A stretch of 64,000 bases of DNA from a virus, in the IMG/VR virus record IMGVR_UViG_3300013004_000026, positions 96,001 to 160,000 of that record; one strand, 5' to 3'. Below, one piece after another: positions 46,842 through 56,903 of this stretch. The notes beneath the pieces were generated by a model. It saw only the letters and a program-made list of their open reading frames with translations, searched no databases and had not been told where the DNA came from. The position numbers and the translations under genes are program-made. How positions within the stretch are numbered: position 1 is the first letter of the stretch; the number at the start of each line of letters is the position of its first letter.

Positions 46842-47408
46842 TTATAAATCTAGTTCGTTTGGTAACAGATCCACAATGTCCAATAACAGCGCATGACGCT
46901 GTAATTCTCTGCGTAGATTACTCGCTGCCATACGCTTTTCAAAACGATTGCTACGAGTCCAGTCCATTACCACTCTTCGTATGCCGGTAAGTGTGGAATC
47001 ACTTATGCTCAAAGCATATTCTAGATTTAGAAAAAACTGCCGATCCAGGCTGGGTGCAGAAATGCCCATGCGCAGTCTTTGCATATAACTATGTATCTGT
47101 AGCGACGGGGCATGCACATCAAAGTTTACCTCTATACGCTCTGCATAGTCATTTTGATTGCTCAACACAGTTACCAAATTTGCCACATCTGTGGCTCCAT
47201 TGCGCATCTTGTCAAAGTCATTGAACTGTAAGGTTCTGTAAGCATACATTTGACTGCGTTGGTCATTAAACTGCCTTATGAACTCCAAGGACAACATGGC
47301 CACATACAGCACTCGGCCCAGTTCGTGGGCTTTTTGTCCACGCAAGCCTGCTAGTCCGCGAAACATGCGGCTTTCTTTTAGTTCGTCTAAGAATTCAAAA
47401 CTAGACAT
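46842..47408 (-). CDS. hypothetical protein
   Basis: MSSFEFLDELKES start. Confidence 0.6.
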   Translation of the reverse strand: MSSFEFLDELKESRMFRGLAGLRGQKAHELGRVLYVAMLSLEFIRQFNDQRSQMYAYRTLQFNDFDKMRNGATDVANLVTVLSNQNDYAERIEVNFDVHAPSLQIHSYMQRLRMGISAPSLDRQFFLNLEYALSISDSTLTGIRRVVMDWTRSNRFEKRMAASNLRRELQRHALLLDIVDLLPNELDL

Positions 47409-48546
47409 TTTTTGCAAAGTTAGCTCTACTGAAACCCAGTCGATCAATCAACTTGAACTTGTCAGCACCACCGCCTACCACATAGCCCTCGTGCCCTATA
47501 TCGTCGCCAGTGTATGCTTGTACATCGCCACTGGCTTGTTGTGCATCAATTTGTTTTTTAACTGACAACTTGAGGTTGTACAAGGCTACCCATATGGCAA
47601 ACATGCCTGCTAGGCCTTGTGCTCCTTCTTTGTAGAGATATCCAGGTTGCTCTTCTGTGCCAAGCAATTTGGTACTGGCTGCTCCGCTGAGATTTTGGCC
47701 AAGGTATGCGTAGAATCCTTCCAGCATGTTATCAAAGTTGCCTGCGGAGATCTTGCTGGTAATATACTTGCTGGCCAGTCCAATGATACCTTTGGCTTTG
47801 AGTCCTGCAAGACTGCTCATGAAGTTGGTCACAGCATCTGAGTATTGATCAATGATTTTTTGCACAGGTGCTGTGTCAGCTGCGGCTATTTTGACCTTGG
47901 GCACAGGCATTTCACCTGTGACAAACCAAATTGGATTACCGTCAGCTGGTAATCCGCCTAGCCCTTGCAACGGCTGGTCAGCTTCACCCACGCCAGGTAT
48001 AAAACTGTGTACAGCAATACCTGCGATGCTGCTTTTGATTTTCTGTCCCACTGGACTATCTGCTTTCACACGATATGTGACTGTGTTGGGACGAAAAACA
48101 TACATACCCTGTTGTGGTTGTAGCCGACCTGCATACAGCAAATCTCCAAAGTAAAAGCCACGGAAATTGCCTGGTATGATAGATTCCAGTGCTGGCCACA
48201 GGGTGTCAATCTTGGCATGCAGGTCTCCGCGGTCAGCACCGCGATTCATGTCATATTGTTTGAATGCTTCTGGACTGGTAACACGGCCGCTGCCGTCCTT
48301 TTTTTCAAACATGTGCTTGTCTGTGACCATGAGCTCGCCGTCCACATTGCGTCCAAACACCAGGGCTGGAAATCCGTCCCACTTGATAGTGGTAAGTTCT
48401 TTGCCTGTGCTCATACTAGACAGAGCATTCATACTGCGGCTGGCACCTTCTATGCCATCAGTCCACACAGCATCTTCAGGATGTACAATGCCTTCCTTGA
48501 TAAACACCGGTTCTGACGGTTTGTTAAATATTTCTGTAATCTTCAT
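47401..48546 (-). CDS. ATP-dependent ligase-fold (RNA-ligase-like) protein
   Basis: Motif I IKWDG, III YFGDLL, IV HEGYVV, V FKLID. Confidence 0.7.
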   Translation of the reverse strand: MKITEIFNKPSEPVFIKEGIVHPEDAVWTDGIEGASRSMNALSSMSTGKELTTIKWDGFPALVFGRNVDGELMVTDKHMFEKKDGSGRVTSPEAFKQYDMNRGADRGDLHAKIDTLWPALESIIPGNFRGFYFGDLLYAGRLQPQQGMYVFRPNTVTYRVKADSPVGQKIKSSIAGIAVHSFIPGVGEADQPLQGLGGLPADGNPIWFVTGEMPVPKVKIAAADTAPVQKIIDQYSDAVTNFMSSLAGLKAKGIIGLASKYITSKISAGNFDNMLEGFYAYLGQNLSGAASTKLLGTEEQPGYLYKEGAQGLAGMFAIWVALYNLKLSVKKQIDAQQASGDVQAYTGDDIGHEGYVVGGGADKFKLIDRLGFSRANFAKNV

Positions 48547-49670
48547 TTGAAGTAGCCTTGAACTGTTTCCAGTCCTTGTAAAATTTTTTGTTTGTCGCTT
48601 TCAGCACGAGCAATAGCAGCAGGTGTTTGAGCTTTGTCACGCTTTTTGCCCTGCACATCAACCATGGCTTTGTCTTGATAACGCTGCCAAAACTTATTTA
48701 AGAAATCATCAGCACCGGAAAAGTTCTTTAGATCTCCTTGCCCAAACATGTTGTTGGCCTCGGCACTGGCTGCAAATGCCTTGACACCGCGCACGAGAGT
48801 TTCTATGTTGACTTTTTCAATATTGACACCGCCATAGGTTTTCAATGCTGGCACAATTTTTGGTTTATCAATGCCCTGTTGCTTTGCTAGATAGCGAAAA
48901 GTATCTAGTATAAATGATGTAGGTTCAGTGGTTACTGTGACTGTTTCAGTGTCTTTTTGCTTGCTAAACGGCACACGCTCGCCGTCAATTACTTTTAGTT
49001 GCACGCCTGCATGTTGAATACTCATGTCCAACAGCTCGCCCAACACACTCCACATGTTGCCAGTAAGCAGTCCTTTCACACCGTGTTGTGGTGTTACTCT
49101 AGTGGCGCCCCAGGTGCTTAACTTTGGTTCGTGCCACATGAAATCAACTTGTACAAAAGCATCCTTGCCAATGGCTATAATAGGGTGTCCTGGTTTACTT
49201 TCTGTGGACAACACATACGCAGGATTGGTTTCTTTTACAAACTCGTCGGCCAAGCGATTCCAAAAGCTAGTAAACTGTCCATAAGTTAATCCTTCCACCG
49301 GAGGCGCAATCATCTGTAGATCCACATCACCGTAGACTTTTTCTGGATCATTTTTGGCATCTTGAGCATGGTAAGCACTGCTACCAGTGGGGCGACCCAT
49401 CTGCACAGGTCCTTGACCTTGTGGTTGCAACCAGGTGTTGAAATCTGTTACAAACTGTTGAACCACTGCCAACGAGGATTTTACCACATTGGGTGTTATC
49501 ACAGTGCCTTGAGTAGCTGTGGTATCCCACCCACCTTCTTGCACACTTTCTCCACCGTCGCCACCATCGCTGCTGTCGCCGTATGAGCCAAAGCCAGGAA
49601 ACCAATAACCACTGTAGGCAAATTTAGATTTCTTGTGGCGTTTTTCGCTTACAAAGTCTTTAGATTTCAT
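48543..49670 (-). CDS. Pol-beta superfamily nucleotidyltransferase
   Basis: TGSSAY...YGDVDL and FVQVDFM. Confidence 0.7.
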   Translation of the reverse strand: MKSKDFVSEKRHKKSKFAYSGYWFPGFGSYGDSSDGGDGGESVQEGGWDTTATQGTVITPNVVKSSLAVVQQFVTDFNTWLQPQGQGPVQMGRPTGSSAYHAQDAKNDPEKVYGDVDLQMIAPPVEGLTYGQFTSFWNRLADEFVKETNPAYVLSTESKPGHPIIAIGKDAFVQVDFMWHEPKLSTWGATRVTPQHGVKGLLTGNMWSVLGELLDMSIQHAGVQLKVIDGERVPFSKQKDTETVTVTTEPTSFILDTFRYLAKQQGIDKPKIVPALKTYGGVNIEKVNIETLVRGVKAFAASAEANNMFGQGDLKNFSGADDFLNKFWQRYQDKAMVDVQGKKRDKAQTPAAIARAESDKQKILQGLETVQGYFK

Positions 49671-50440
49671 TATCTCACCAGCAGAGTTTGCATGGCGCGA
49701 AACCAACTGGGAGATCCTTCTTCTAGTTTTTTAGGCAGCATGATGAGACCTTTAACCTCGTCTTCACGAGCTTGTGCCAATTTCTCATCTTGCATGGGAT
49801 CATTTTCCAGTGCTCGCAGAATACTTTTCACACTGTTGAGATCATCGCCAGTGGCTCGAGGATTGAGTAGAATCTTGGCCACGCTGTCTCTGTCTCTTGC
49901 TACCACAGTGTTATCGTCACGACGAAGTAGTTTAGCACCAAAGGCATCAAATTTCAAACCCAGTGCTTTGCCAATGCTGTTCATTAGAATAAAGATACTT
50001 TGTCCTTTGAATTCAGGATCATTGTAACTGCCTCGAGGCCCATGCTGGTGATAAGGTGCAACTAAGGCAGCATCATTGATAACCATCACATCAACTTGAG
50101 CCATAGCGTCCTTGTAGGGCACGCCTATGTGTACATTGTTGCCCTTGGTCACACTGTCAAAACCTTTGGCACGGAAAAAGTTTTCCAGTGCTTTTTTACC
50201 TGCTTTCACAGGTTCTTTTTCGTCTTGAGTTTGAAACAGTGCAACAACATCTTCTGCTTCAATCATGACATCAATGTCGCCTGATTCTACTTTGTAGCCT
50301 GCACTGCCAATGTCTATTTGCATGCGTTTCACTAACGCAGGCGGCAATGCTGATCGTACTTCGTCAACCACTTTTGCAACATCTCTTTTGGCTACAGGAA
50401 TGCTGTTGGGAATGGCGTTTCCGCCTTCGTGTAATTTCAT
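49670..50440 (-). CDS. Pol-beta superfamily nucleotidyltransferase
   Basis: IGSAGYKVESGDIDV and AQVDVM. Confidence 0.75.
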   Translation of the reverse strand: MKLHEGGNAIPNSIPVAKRDVAKVVDEVRSALPPALVKRMQIDIGSAGYKVESGDIDVMIEAEDVVALFQTQDEKEPVKAGKKALENFFRAKGFDSVTKGNNVHIGVPYKDAMAQVDVMVINDAALVAPYHQHGPRGSYNDPEFKGQSIFILMNSIGKALGLKFDAFGAKLLRRDDNTVVARDRDSVAKILLNPRATGDDLNSVKSILRALENDPMQDEKLAQAREDEVKGLIMLPKKLEEGSPSWFRAMQTLLVR

Positions 50441-53259
50441 AGCTTTACTGCATCCAAAACAAAGTTTTCAAACTCTCGGGCCAACTTGGTGTCAGCTGAT
50501 TCACGAATGTATTTGCCTCCATACGCCCGAGTTTGCTCGTTGGCCTGTGCCACACGCTGATCAGCCTGTGTAGAGGCTCCAGGATTGTTGGATACCAATT
50601 CGCTTGGCCCTAGCTGTTTTTTTGGTACAGTATCTTGTGCGCCGCCTTTGCCTTTTGATCTTTTGCCTTTGGTGCGCTTGATGATTTCAGCTGGCTTTTC
50701 AGTGGTCTGGCCGGCAGAGGTGCCTCTAAATTGCTTTAGTTTTTCACGATAGACCGGTGGCGCAGCGCGAGACAACACACTCATTGCTGTGTCAATAATG
50801 GTTATAAGGTCATCGGCATACGCCATGCTAGTCATACGAGCCAACTGTGGTAGGATCATATTGGTTGCACTAGCAATTTGACCATCACCTTGTGAACCAC
50901 CTGTTGTAGTGCCACCCGGTGTACTGCCTTGCATTCCGCCTGAGGTTGTAGTGGTTGTTGTGCTACCACCTGCGCCTGCACCACCTGCTCCAGTGTCAGT
51001 ACTACTCACGCCTGCAGACATGTCTGGTGCACCATTGGCAAAGAATCTCACATTGCCCCGATCATCGCGATTGTATGGATCAATGGCGTCTGCTCCACCA
51101 GCTGCTCCACCAGCTGCTGCACCTGCTGCACCAGCTGCTGTTGCAGGAGCATCTAACTTAGGTGCTGGAAAATTAAGTTGTGTAAACAGTTGCTTGATAA
51201 TCTCTGGTGGTACTTTTCTACCAACCAAGAACTTTGCCACTTCGTCGCTGTCTGTTGGTGAGTCTGCATCCTGCCAATGGCGTAATAAGCCATTTAGAGT
51301 TACCTTGGTAGTAGCTTCGCGCCATGAGTCTCCGGCCCAGTTGCCAAAACGCTTTAGGCCGCTTTCGATACCACGCATGAGCTTGCCGCCAAGTGGACCT
51401 TTGCCCTTGGTCTTGAACTTGCCTTCGGGATCAGCTGCCAAGTAAGGCATGGTGTTGCCTGCTGGAGCAGTTCCGGTGGCCAGCCCGCCTACATTGCCGC
51501 CTGTGAGTCCTGCCAATGGTCCAGCTGTGTTTGAAACATTGGTTGCGGATGTTCTGGCATTCTTTGCCATGGCTGCAGGATCATTGGCATTAGCAGGACG
51601 GCTGCGCACTGTACCGCCTTGTTGATCCTTTTGTAGATCAGCTGATGTTCTTTCTCCTCTACCAGCCGCAAAAGAATCTACAGTACCTGGATCAGGTATG
51701 CCAGGTTCTGGCGTAGAGGCAGCGATGTCTGCTGCCGCGGCTGGGTTTGATTGTGCAAACTGTTGTGCTGTCATTTTTCCTTTAACAGGCGCAGGAGCAG
51801 CTCTACCAGCTTTTTCAGCAGCAGCTTTGGCGGCAGCATTTTGTGTAGCAGCCTGCGCGGCGCCAGCACGACCTGCGGCTTGCCCCATGGCATGACTGCG
51901 CTCACGGCCAATGTTGTAACGGCGTGCTTCGTCCATGGCAAATTCATGCAATCGTTCTAGATTTGCAAACACTGTGCGAATGCCTGCTTCGTTCAATTGA
52001 ACACTGCGTTTGTTGTCACGACCTAAACTTTCATTTAGTGCCCATTTACGAACTGTAGCCTGACGATCAACCAACATGCCAACAGGTGCAGTGATAATAT
52101 CAAAGCCTTCTAGTATGTTACGACCTTTTTTGATCTTGACAGATTCTGTACGCACCATTCTGTTAGCAAAAGGGTCCTGTGCAGACGGCGTTGGAGTTTG
52201 AGCAGACGGAGCTGATGAGGCTGCTGTCTTGGCCTTGGCTGCGGCTGCATCAGCTGCTATTCTTTTAGCGGCCATGCCTTGGTCTGACCCCAACTGTCCT
52301 GCATCCATTTTGTTCTGGATGTTTTGAGCTGTCATGGCATTGTCGCCACTGTAAGGCCCTTTGTAGGCCGCAGCATCAATGTTCTTTGGCAATACAATTT
52401 GATCGCCGGGACTGAGAATATTAGGATTACCGCTAGGCCCAAACTTGCCAGGATTGAGCTTGGCCATAACATCTGGATCAACTTTGTACTTGGCACTAAT
52501 GTCGCTGAGTGTGTCACCCTGTTTCACTGTGATAGTTTGTGTTTCGCCGCCAGGTGGTACCACATTGTCTGGACCAGGTGGTACAACATTGTCAGGACCA
52601 GGTGGATTGGGCTTGAATGGGTTGTTAATATCGGGAATGTCAGTGTTGGCAATAACGTCGCCTGCTGCTGTTGCGGCCTTGACACCAAGAGCTGCGCCCA
52701 CTGGCCGTGTGGCACGACCTGCTGCTGTGCTGAACTGTTCACCTTGCATCAAGCCATCAATCATTTTGATTGCACCCAGGGCCAGCACAGGTGCTGCGCC
52801 GCTGGTAAGTAGACCAGTCAGCACCCCAGCTACACCCCAGAAAAACTTGCTGGTGGTAGGATAACGCTGAGCAGTTTGTTTGTATGTGTCAAGAGCTCGC
52901 AGTACCCTGGAGCCTTCTGGGCTCTTGCCCATGCCCATGCTGGCTGCTTTTTTGAGTTCATCAAACTTGGCATCAACACCTTGAACAACTGTGGTATCTT
53001 GCAGGGCTTTTCCCAGGCCTTTGATCTTGGCTCCTAGAGCTCCTGCTAGGTCGCCGGCCTTGCCCAGTATGTTACGATTTTTGTTACCGGCTGTCATTGC
53101 CTCTTCTGCACCCTTGAATAAATCGTGGATTTCGCTGCGATTGAGGGCCTTGCCTTCTGTGAGTTTATTAAGCTCACGCACCAATGCTACTGCTTCTTGG
53201 TATAGTGGGTGAGTCTGTATATCTAAATCGTTATTGTTTGTTAGGTGTTGAAGTTTCAC
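50437..53259 (-). CDS. large LysM-containing low-complexity protein, probable injected head protein
   Basis: TVKQGDTLSDIS...LNP...PNILSPGDQIVLP LysM; hydrophobic hairpin; Ala/Gly/Pro-rich. Confidence 0.75.
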   Translation of the reverse strand: MKLQHLTNNNDLDIQTHPLYQEAVALVRELNKLTEGKALNRSEIHDLFKGAEEAMTAGNKNRNILGKAGDLAGALGAKIKGLGKALQDTTVVQGVDAKFDELKKAASMGMGKSPEGSRVLRALDTYKQTAQRYPTTSKFFWGVAGVLTGLLTSGAAPVLALGAIKMIDGLMQGEQFSTAAGRATRPVGAALGVKAATAAGDVIANTDIPDINNPFKPNPPGPDNVVPPGPDNVVPPGGETQTITVKQGDTLSDISAKYKVDPDVMAKLNPGKFGPSGNPNILSPGDQIVLPKNIDAAAYKGPYSGDNAMTAQNIQNKMDAGQLGSDQGMAAKRIAADAAAAKAKTAASSAPSAQTPTPSAQDPFANRMVRTESVKIKKGRNILEGFDIITAPVGMLVDRQATVRKWALNESLGRDNKRSVQLNEAGIRTVFANLERLHEFAMDEARRYNIGRERSHAMGQAAGRAGAAQAATQNAAAKAAAEKAGRAAPAPVKGKMTAQQFAQSNPAAAADIAASTPEPGIPDPGTVDSFAAGRGERTSADLQKDQQGGTVRSRPANANDPAAMAKNARTSATNVSNTAGPLAGLTGGNVGGLATGTAPAGNTMPYLAADPEGKFKTKGKGPLGGKLMRGIESGLKRFGNWAGDSWREATTKVTLNGLLRHWQDADSPTDSDEVAKFLVGRKVPPEIIKQLFTQLNFPAPKLDAPATAAGAAGAAAGGAAGGADAIDPYNRDDRGNVRFFANGAPDMSAGVSSTDTGAGGAGAGGSTTTTTTSGGMQGSTPGGTTTGGSQGDGQIASATNMILPQLARMTSMAYADDLITIIDTAMSVLSRAAPPVYREKLKQFRGTSAGQTTEKPAEIIKRTKGKRSKGKGGAQDTVPKKQLGPSELVSNNPGASTQADQRVAQANEQTRAYGGKYIRESADTKLAREFENFVLDAVKL
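52550..52605. repeat. 24-bp coding tandem repeat (PPGPDNVV x2)
   Basis: ccaggtggtac(c/a)acattgtc(t/a)gga repeated. Confidence 0.75.
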
Positions 53260-53497
53260 TGCGCATTCTCCGTATTCCCCTAATGAACTTGTTAGGGTCC
53301 TGCGCTCGAATGCTGTTCAACAGCCTGCGTTCTAGCTCAGAAGCCACTTCCTCATTATAGGATTCTCTAATGGTATTAATAAGGTTAATGGCGCCTTGTA
53401 TAACATGGTCAGCACGACTTTCCAGCACATTTTCTTTGTCCTTTTCGACAAAGTAGCTGTCTAGTTCTTCCAGTATACTACGGGTTTTTTTAAGCAC
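53231..53497 (-). CDS. hypothetical protein
   Basis: KKTRSILEEL...ELERRLLNSIR; TAAATA upstream. Confidence 0.7.
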   Translation of the reverse strand: MLKKTRSILEELDSYFVEKDKENVLESRADHVIQGAINLINTIRESYNEEVASELERRLLNSIRAQDPNKFIRGIRRMRSETSTPNKQ

Positions 53498-53548
53498 CCC
53501 AAGACTCCATTTCTCTATTATTTATTGCAAGTGCGTTTAGAGTTTGGC

Positions 53549-54946
53549 TTATCTTGCCTGGGCTTTGATGCCAGCCAGCATGCTTTTTAACTTGTTTGAA
53601 CCCAGTTCCGCTTGTGCTGAAGCAGTCGATTCAGCAGTGTCAGGCTCCACAGTGCTTTTGGTTTTGATTTGATTCATGATATTCAGTGCCTGTGGACGAT
53701 GTGAATCCCCTTGTTGATCTTCGGGCAAGTCTGTGATACGCAAACTTTCCATATTGTATTCTAGATCAACCTTTTGGCCAACCCCACTGCTGCTACGAGT
53801 TTTCATTAACTGTATTTGATAGCGTCCGCGCTCTTTCATGGCTCTTGAAGTAAAGATACCAAACACATTATCTGCTGTGTTAATCTTACTGATACCACCA
53901 GAGATATGACTGTGGTCAAATTCAATTTCTTCCACAGCACTGCGATTCAACTGACTTGCAGTGATCAACAGTATGTTGAACTCTTTGGCCAAATTGCGTA
54001 GTTCTTCACTCACATACTTGTCTTTTACAAACAGATCGTTTGGTGATACCTTGGCACTCACTGGCATGAGCAAGTCCAGATAGTCTACCATTATGTAGTC
54101 TGTTTTCATTCCGGTTTGCACTTGCAATTCTTTTAGATATGCACGAATGTCATTGATGTTGCTTTGTGCTGGCATGTATTTGATGCGCATTGCTCCGGCC
54201 TTTTTACCTACCAGCTTGATCTTCATTTCTACTGTGTCAATATCTTTGAAGATTTCACGAGTGCTCACATTGGCCAACATGCTATCTATGCGCATGGCAC
54301 ACAGGCCTTCACTGAGTTCTAGTGTTAGATACACACCATTGAGTCCTGCTAGTGACCAGTTACACGCAATGTTTTGCATGAACAAGGATTTACCTGATCC
54401 AGACCCGCCTGCAAAGATGTTGAGTTCGCCTCGGTTCATGCCGCCAAACAGTTTCTTGTCCATGGCAGGCCAGCCAGTACTGATTTGTCCGTTGCCTTCT
54501 CTGATGGCCATTAGTCGTCCACGAGGATCAGCAAAATAGTCAGTGCCCATGTCTTTGGTCAAACTAATCTGCACAGCATCTTTGATCAGTTTTTCCACAG
54601 GATTGAACTCGCCTTTTTCAATCAAATCTGCTGCTTTGAGGATGGCTCGTTCAAGTTCTTTTTGTTTGGTAAAACTTTCAAACTCTTCCATAAACCAATC
54701 AAAATGCCCGTCGCCTAGATCTGGAATGCTTCGTAGTTCAACCCCAGTGACTGCTCGCACCTGTTCTAATGTGGGTAGAGTTTTGTGTTTGTCTGAGTGT
54801 TCTTTGACAAACTTGGCCACACTTCTGAGACTGCGGTCAAAGTTTTCATCATTGTAGATGTTTTGCACACGCACAAAACTCTGTGCGTCATGCAGCATCA
54901 TTTCAAGAAAGAGTTTTTGTATTTCTGTATTATATTCTTTAATCAT
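53549..54946 (-). CDS. DnaB-like replicative helicase (T4 gp41-like)
   Basis: ISTGW, GGSGSGKS, LELSE, VDYLDL, TASQLNR, KTRSS. Confidence 0.93.
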   Translation of the reverse strand: MIKEYNTEIQKLFLEMMLHDAQSFVRVQNIYNDENFDRSLRSVAKFVKEHSDKHKTLPTLEQVRAVTGVELRSIPDLGDGHFDWFMEEFESFTKQKELERAILKAADLIEKGEFNPVEKLIKDAVQISLTKDMGTDYFADPRGRLMAIREGNGQISTGWPAMDKKLFGGMNRGELNIFAGGSGSGKSLFMQNIACNWSLAGLNGVYLTLELSEGLCAMRIDSMLANVSTREIFKDIDTVEMKIKLVGKKAGAMRIKYMPAQSNINDIRAYLKELQVQTGMKTDYIMVDYLDLLMPVSAKVSPNDLFVKDKYVSEELRNLAKEFNILLITASQLNRSAVEEIEFDHSHISGGISKINTADNVFGIFTSRAMKERGRYQIQLMKTRSSSGVGQKVDLEYNMESLRITDLPEDQQGDSHRPQALNIMNQIKTKSTVEPDTAESTASAQAELGSNKLKSMLAGIKAQAR

Positions 54947-55809
54947 AATTGCCTACAAGTATAACTGCAAACTGGCTGCGGATCAAATTGCATTTGCTCA
55001 TCATACTGTCCCAACTGAGTCAACACTTGACTCAGCGTAGTGTTACTTATATTGTATGCTGCTGAGTCAGTGTGGAACTTGCTGCGATAATAGAATCTAT
55101 GATCAGCTGCATAACAACATGGTGCGTATTGTCCACTTGCACTGATATAGTGTTGATTGCCCACAGAACACTTTGGTTGTATCAATCCTGCACCTCTATG
55201 CCATATTAAAGTTTGTGACTGCGGACGCAGAGGATCTGTTTCTGCAAAACGATTGCTGGGATCTAGTTTTACATCGTGCATGCCTAGATCTTTGGCCATT
55301 TGTTGTATGGCAGGAATTTCGTGTTCATTGAAACTAAAAGGCACCACTTTCCACACAGCTCTAGCGTCAGAATTTGCAACTGACTGTATGCCTTGTGCAA
55401 TGGTGCTCCAATCACTGTTCACACGATATTTTACACTACTGTCTGGCAAACCGTCGATACTAAATTCCACAATGTCAGCTGGTGTCAGCATGCCCACCCA
55501 GGACTCCCACCAGGCACGATCTCTGTAGCTGCCATTGGTAGTGAGTACAATACGGCCTTGATTACTTTTTATAAACATTATCAAGTCACGCAGGTGTTCG
55601 TAGTAGATAGGATCTCCTGTGTTGCCGCAGATGCCCCAGGTAAGATTGGCAATGTCCACATCCAAGAAACTTTTCAGTGCTGATAGATCAAGATCTTGAT
55701 TGTGCCAGTTCTTTCTACCAAACTGCTGAATAAATTGAGTGCGTTCACAGGCAGAGCATGCTAACACACATCTGTTGGTGGGTTCTAAATGAAAGCCGGA
55801 GATTTTCAT
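54943..55809 (-). CDS. radical SAM protein with Twitch/SPASM-like tail
   Basis: CVLACSAC (CxxxCxxC), GDP, TNGS, FSIDG, PCC. Confidence 0.9.
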   Translation of the reverse strand: MKISGFHLEPTNRCVLACSACERTQFIQQFGRKNWHNQDLDLSALKSFLDVDIANLTWGICGNTGDPIYYEHLRDLIMFIKSNQGRIVLTTNGSYRDRAWWESWVGMLTPADIVEFSIDGLPDSSVKYRVNSDWSTIAQGIQSVANSDARAVWKVVPFSFNEHEIPAIQQMAKDLGMHDVKLDPSNRFAETDPLRPQSQTLIWHRGAGLIQPKCSVGNQHYISASGQYAPCCYAADHRFYYRSKFHTDSAAYNISNTTLSQVLTQLGQYDEQMQFDPQPVCSYTCRQL

Positions 55810-56897
55810 TGCTTGCTCTTTAGTTTAATTTTCACAGGATTTTTTTCTACTGCGTCAATGATACTTTTGAGCACAAACAATTTGCCATACTTTTTAACTG
55901 CATCAGCCACATCCTTGCACTCGGGGTCTTCCCGCCAGATAGGAAAACTCACTGCCCAGCCATATTCTATTGCACGGTTTACCAAAGCTTCTCCTGGCCA
56001 CACTTCTTTACCACGCTTGTCCACATGACGATCAAAGTCAGGAACCACAATGATATCTCTGCCAAGATCTTCAATGATTTCTGCCTGTGTTTCGCTGATG
56101 TCATTGCTCAATGTAGCCACGCCGTCCACTGCCATGGCATCAAAGGGACCTTCAACCACCAACACAAACTTGGCATTGGGTTGTTGCATGTTGGTATTGA
56201 AAACATAATTAGATTCGTAATTGCTGTGGTATTTTGGTTTCACATCAGGTGTCACTGCTCTAGCTGTGTAACCAATCAGTTGATCACGCCAGAAGAATGG
56301 TACAATCACACGCCGGTGTAGATTATAGCTGGTGTCCGCAGTGAGATAAAAGTCATACTTGTTTTGAATTCTTCGTTCATGCAAATACTCAGCTGCTTCT
56401 ATCAACTGTTCGCCAGCAAGATTCAGTATCTGCGATTCTTGAACAAGTCCGTTTTTATCATAGTCAACCTTGAGTCTAATCATAGTACATAGCTGTGCTA
56501 TGCTTACACTTTCTTCAGGCAACGCACGAGGTTTGAAAGTGATGTCCACTGGTGGTGGCGCTGCATGGTCATCTGCAGGCATACTTTCTTTGAGTCGCAG
56601 AGCTTCCATGACCAGTCGTTGCACAGTGTTATCATCTGCGCCTAGCCATTTGAGTAGTTTACGGAATTTGAATCCCAGTGGACGCCCTGGATAGAACCCT
56701 GTTTTGAATCCGCAGTTGAAGCAATGGTAACTCACACTTCCGTCGGCGTTGGGCAGCATTCCACCTCGTCCTCTGGTGTCAGCTGATTCGCCGTTGTGTG
56801 AGCAACACACAGCATTAAAACTAATCCAGCGAGAACTGTTCTTGCGCTTGGGCGGCAACAAGGACAATATTTCCTGCTGAACTAGATTATTATTCAT
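55806..56897 (-). CDS. DNA primase (T4 gp61-like)
   Basis: N-terminal Zn finger CC...HCFNC, GYTAR, TOPRIM VEGPFDA, PDFD, KDVAD. Confidence 0.9.
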   Translation of the reverse strand: MNNNLVQQEILSLLPPKRKNSSRWISFNAVCCSHNGESADTRGRGGMLPNADGSVSYHCFNCGFKTGFYPGRPLGFKFRKLLKWLGADDNTVQRLVMEALRLKESMPADDHAAPPPVDITFKPRALPEESVSIAQLCTMIRLKVDYDKNGLVQESQILNLAGEQLIEAAEYLHERRIQNKYDFYLTADTSYNLHRRVIVPFFWRDQLIGYTARAVTPDVKPKYHSNYESNYVFNTNMQQPNAKFVLVVEGPFDAMAVDGVATLSNDISETQAEIIEDLGRDIIVVPDFDRHVDKRGKEVWPGEALVNRAIEYGWAVSFPIWREDPECKDVADAVKKYGKLFVLKSIIDAVEKNPVKIKLKSKQ

Positions 56898-56903
56898 CAT
56901 GCA

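Noticed and set aside
50909-52864. Long plus-strand ORFs opposite real genes (also 13284-13884, 18514-19002, 32311-32907, 34214-34651)
   Set aside because: These are antisense shadows of codon-biased or low-complexity genes with no SD, promoter or motifs.
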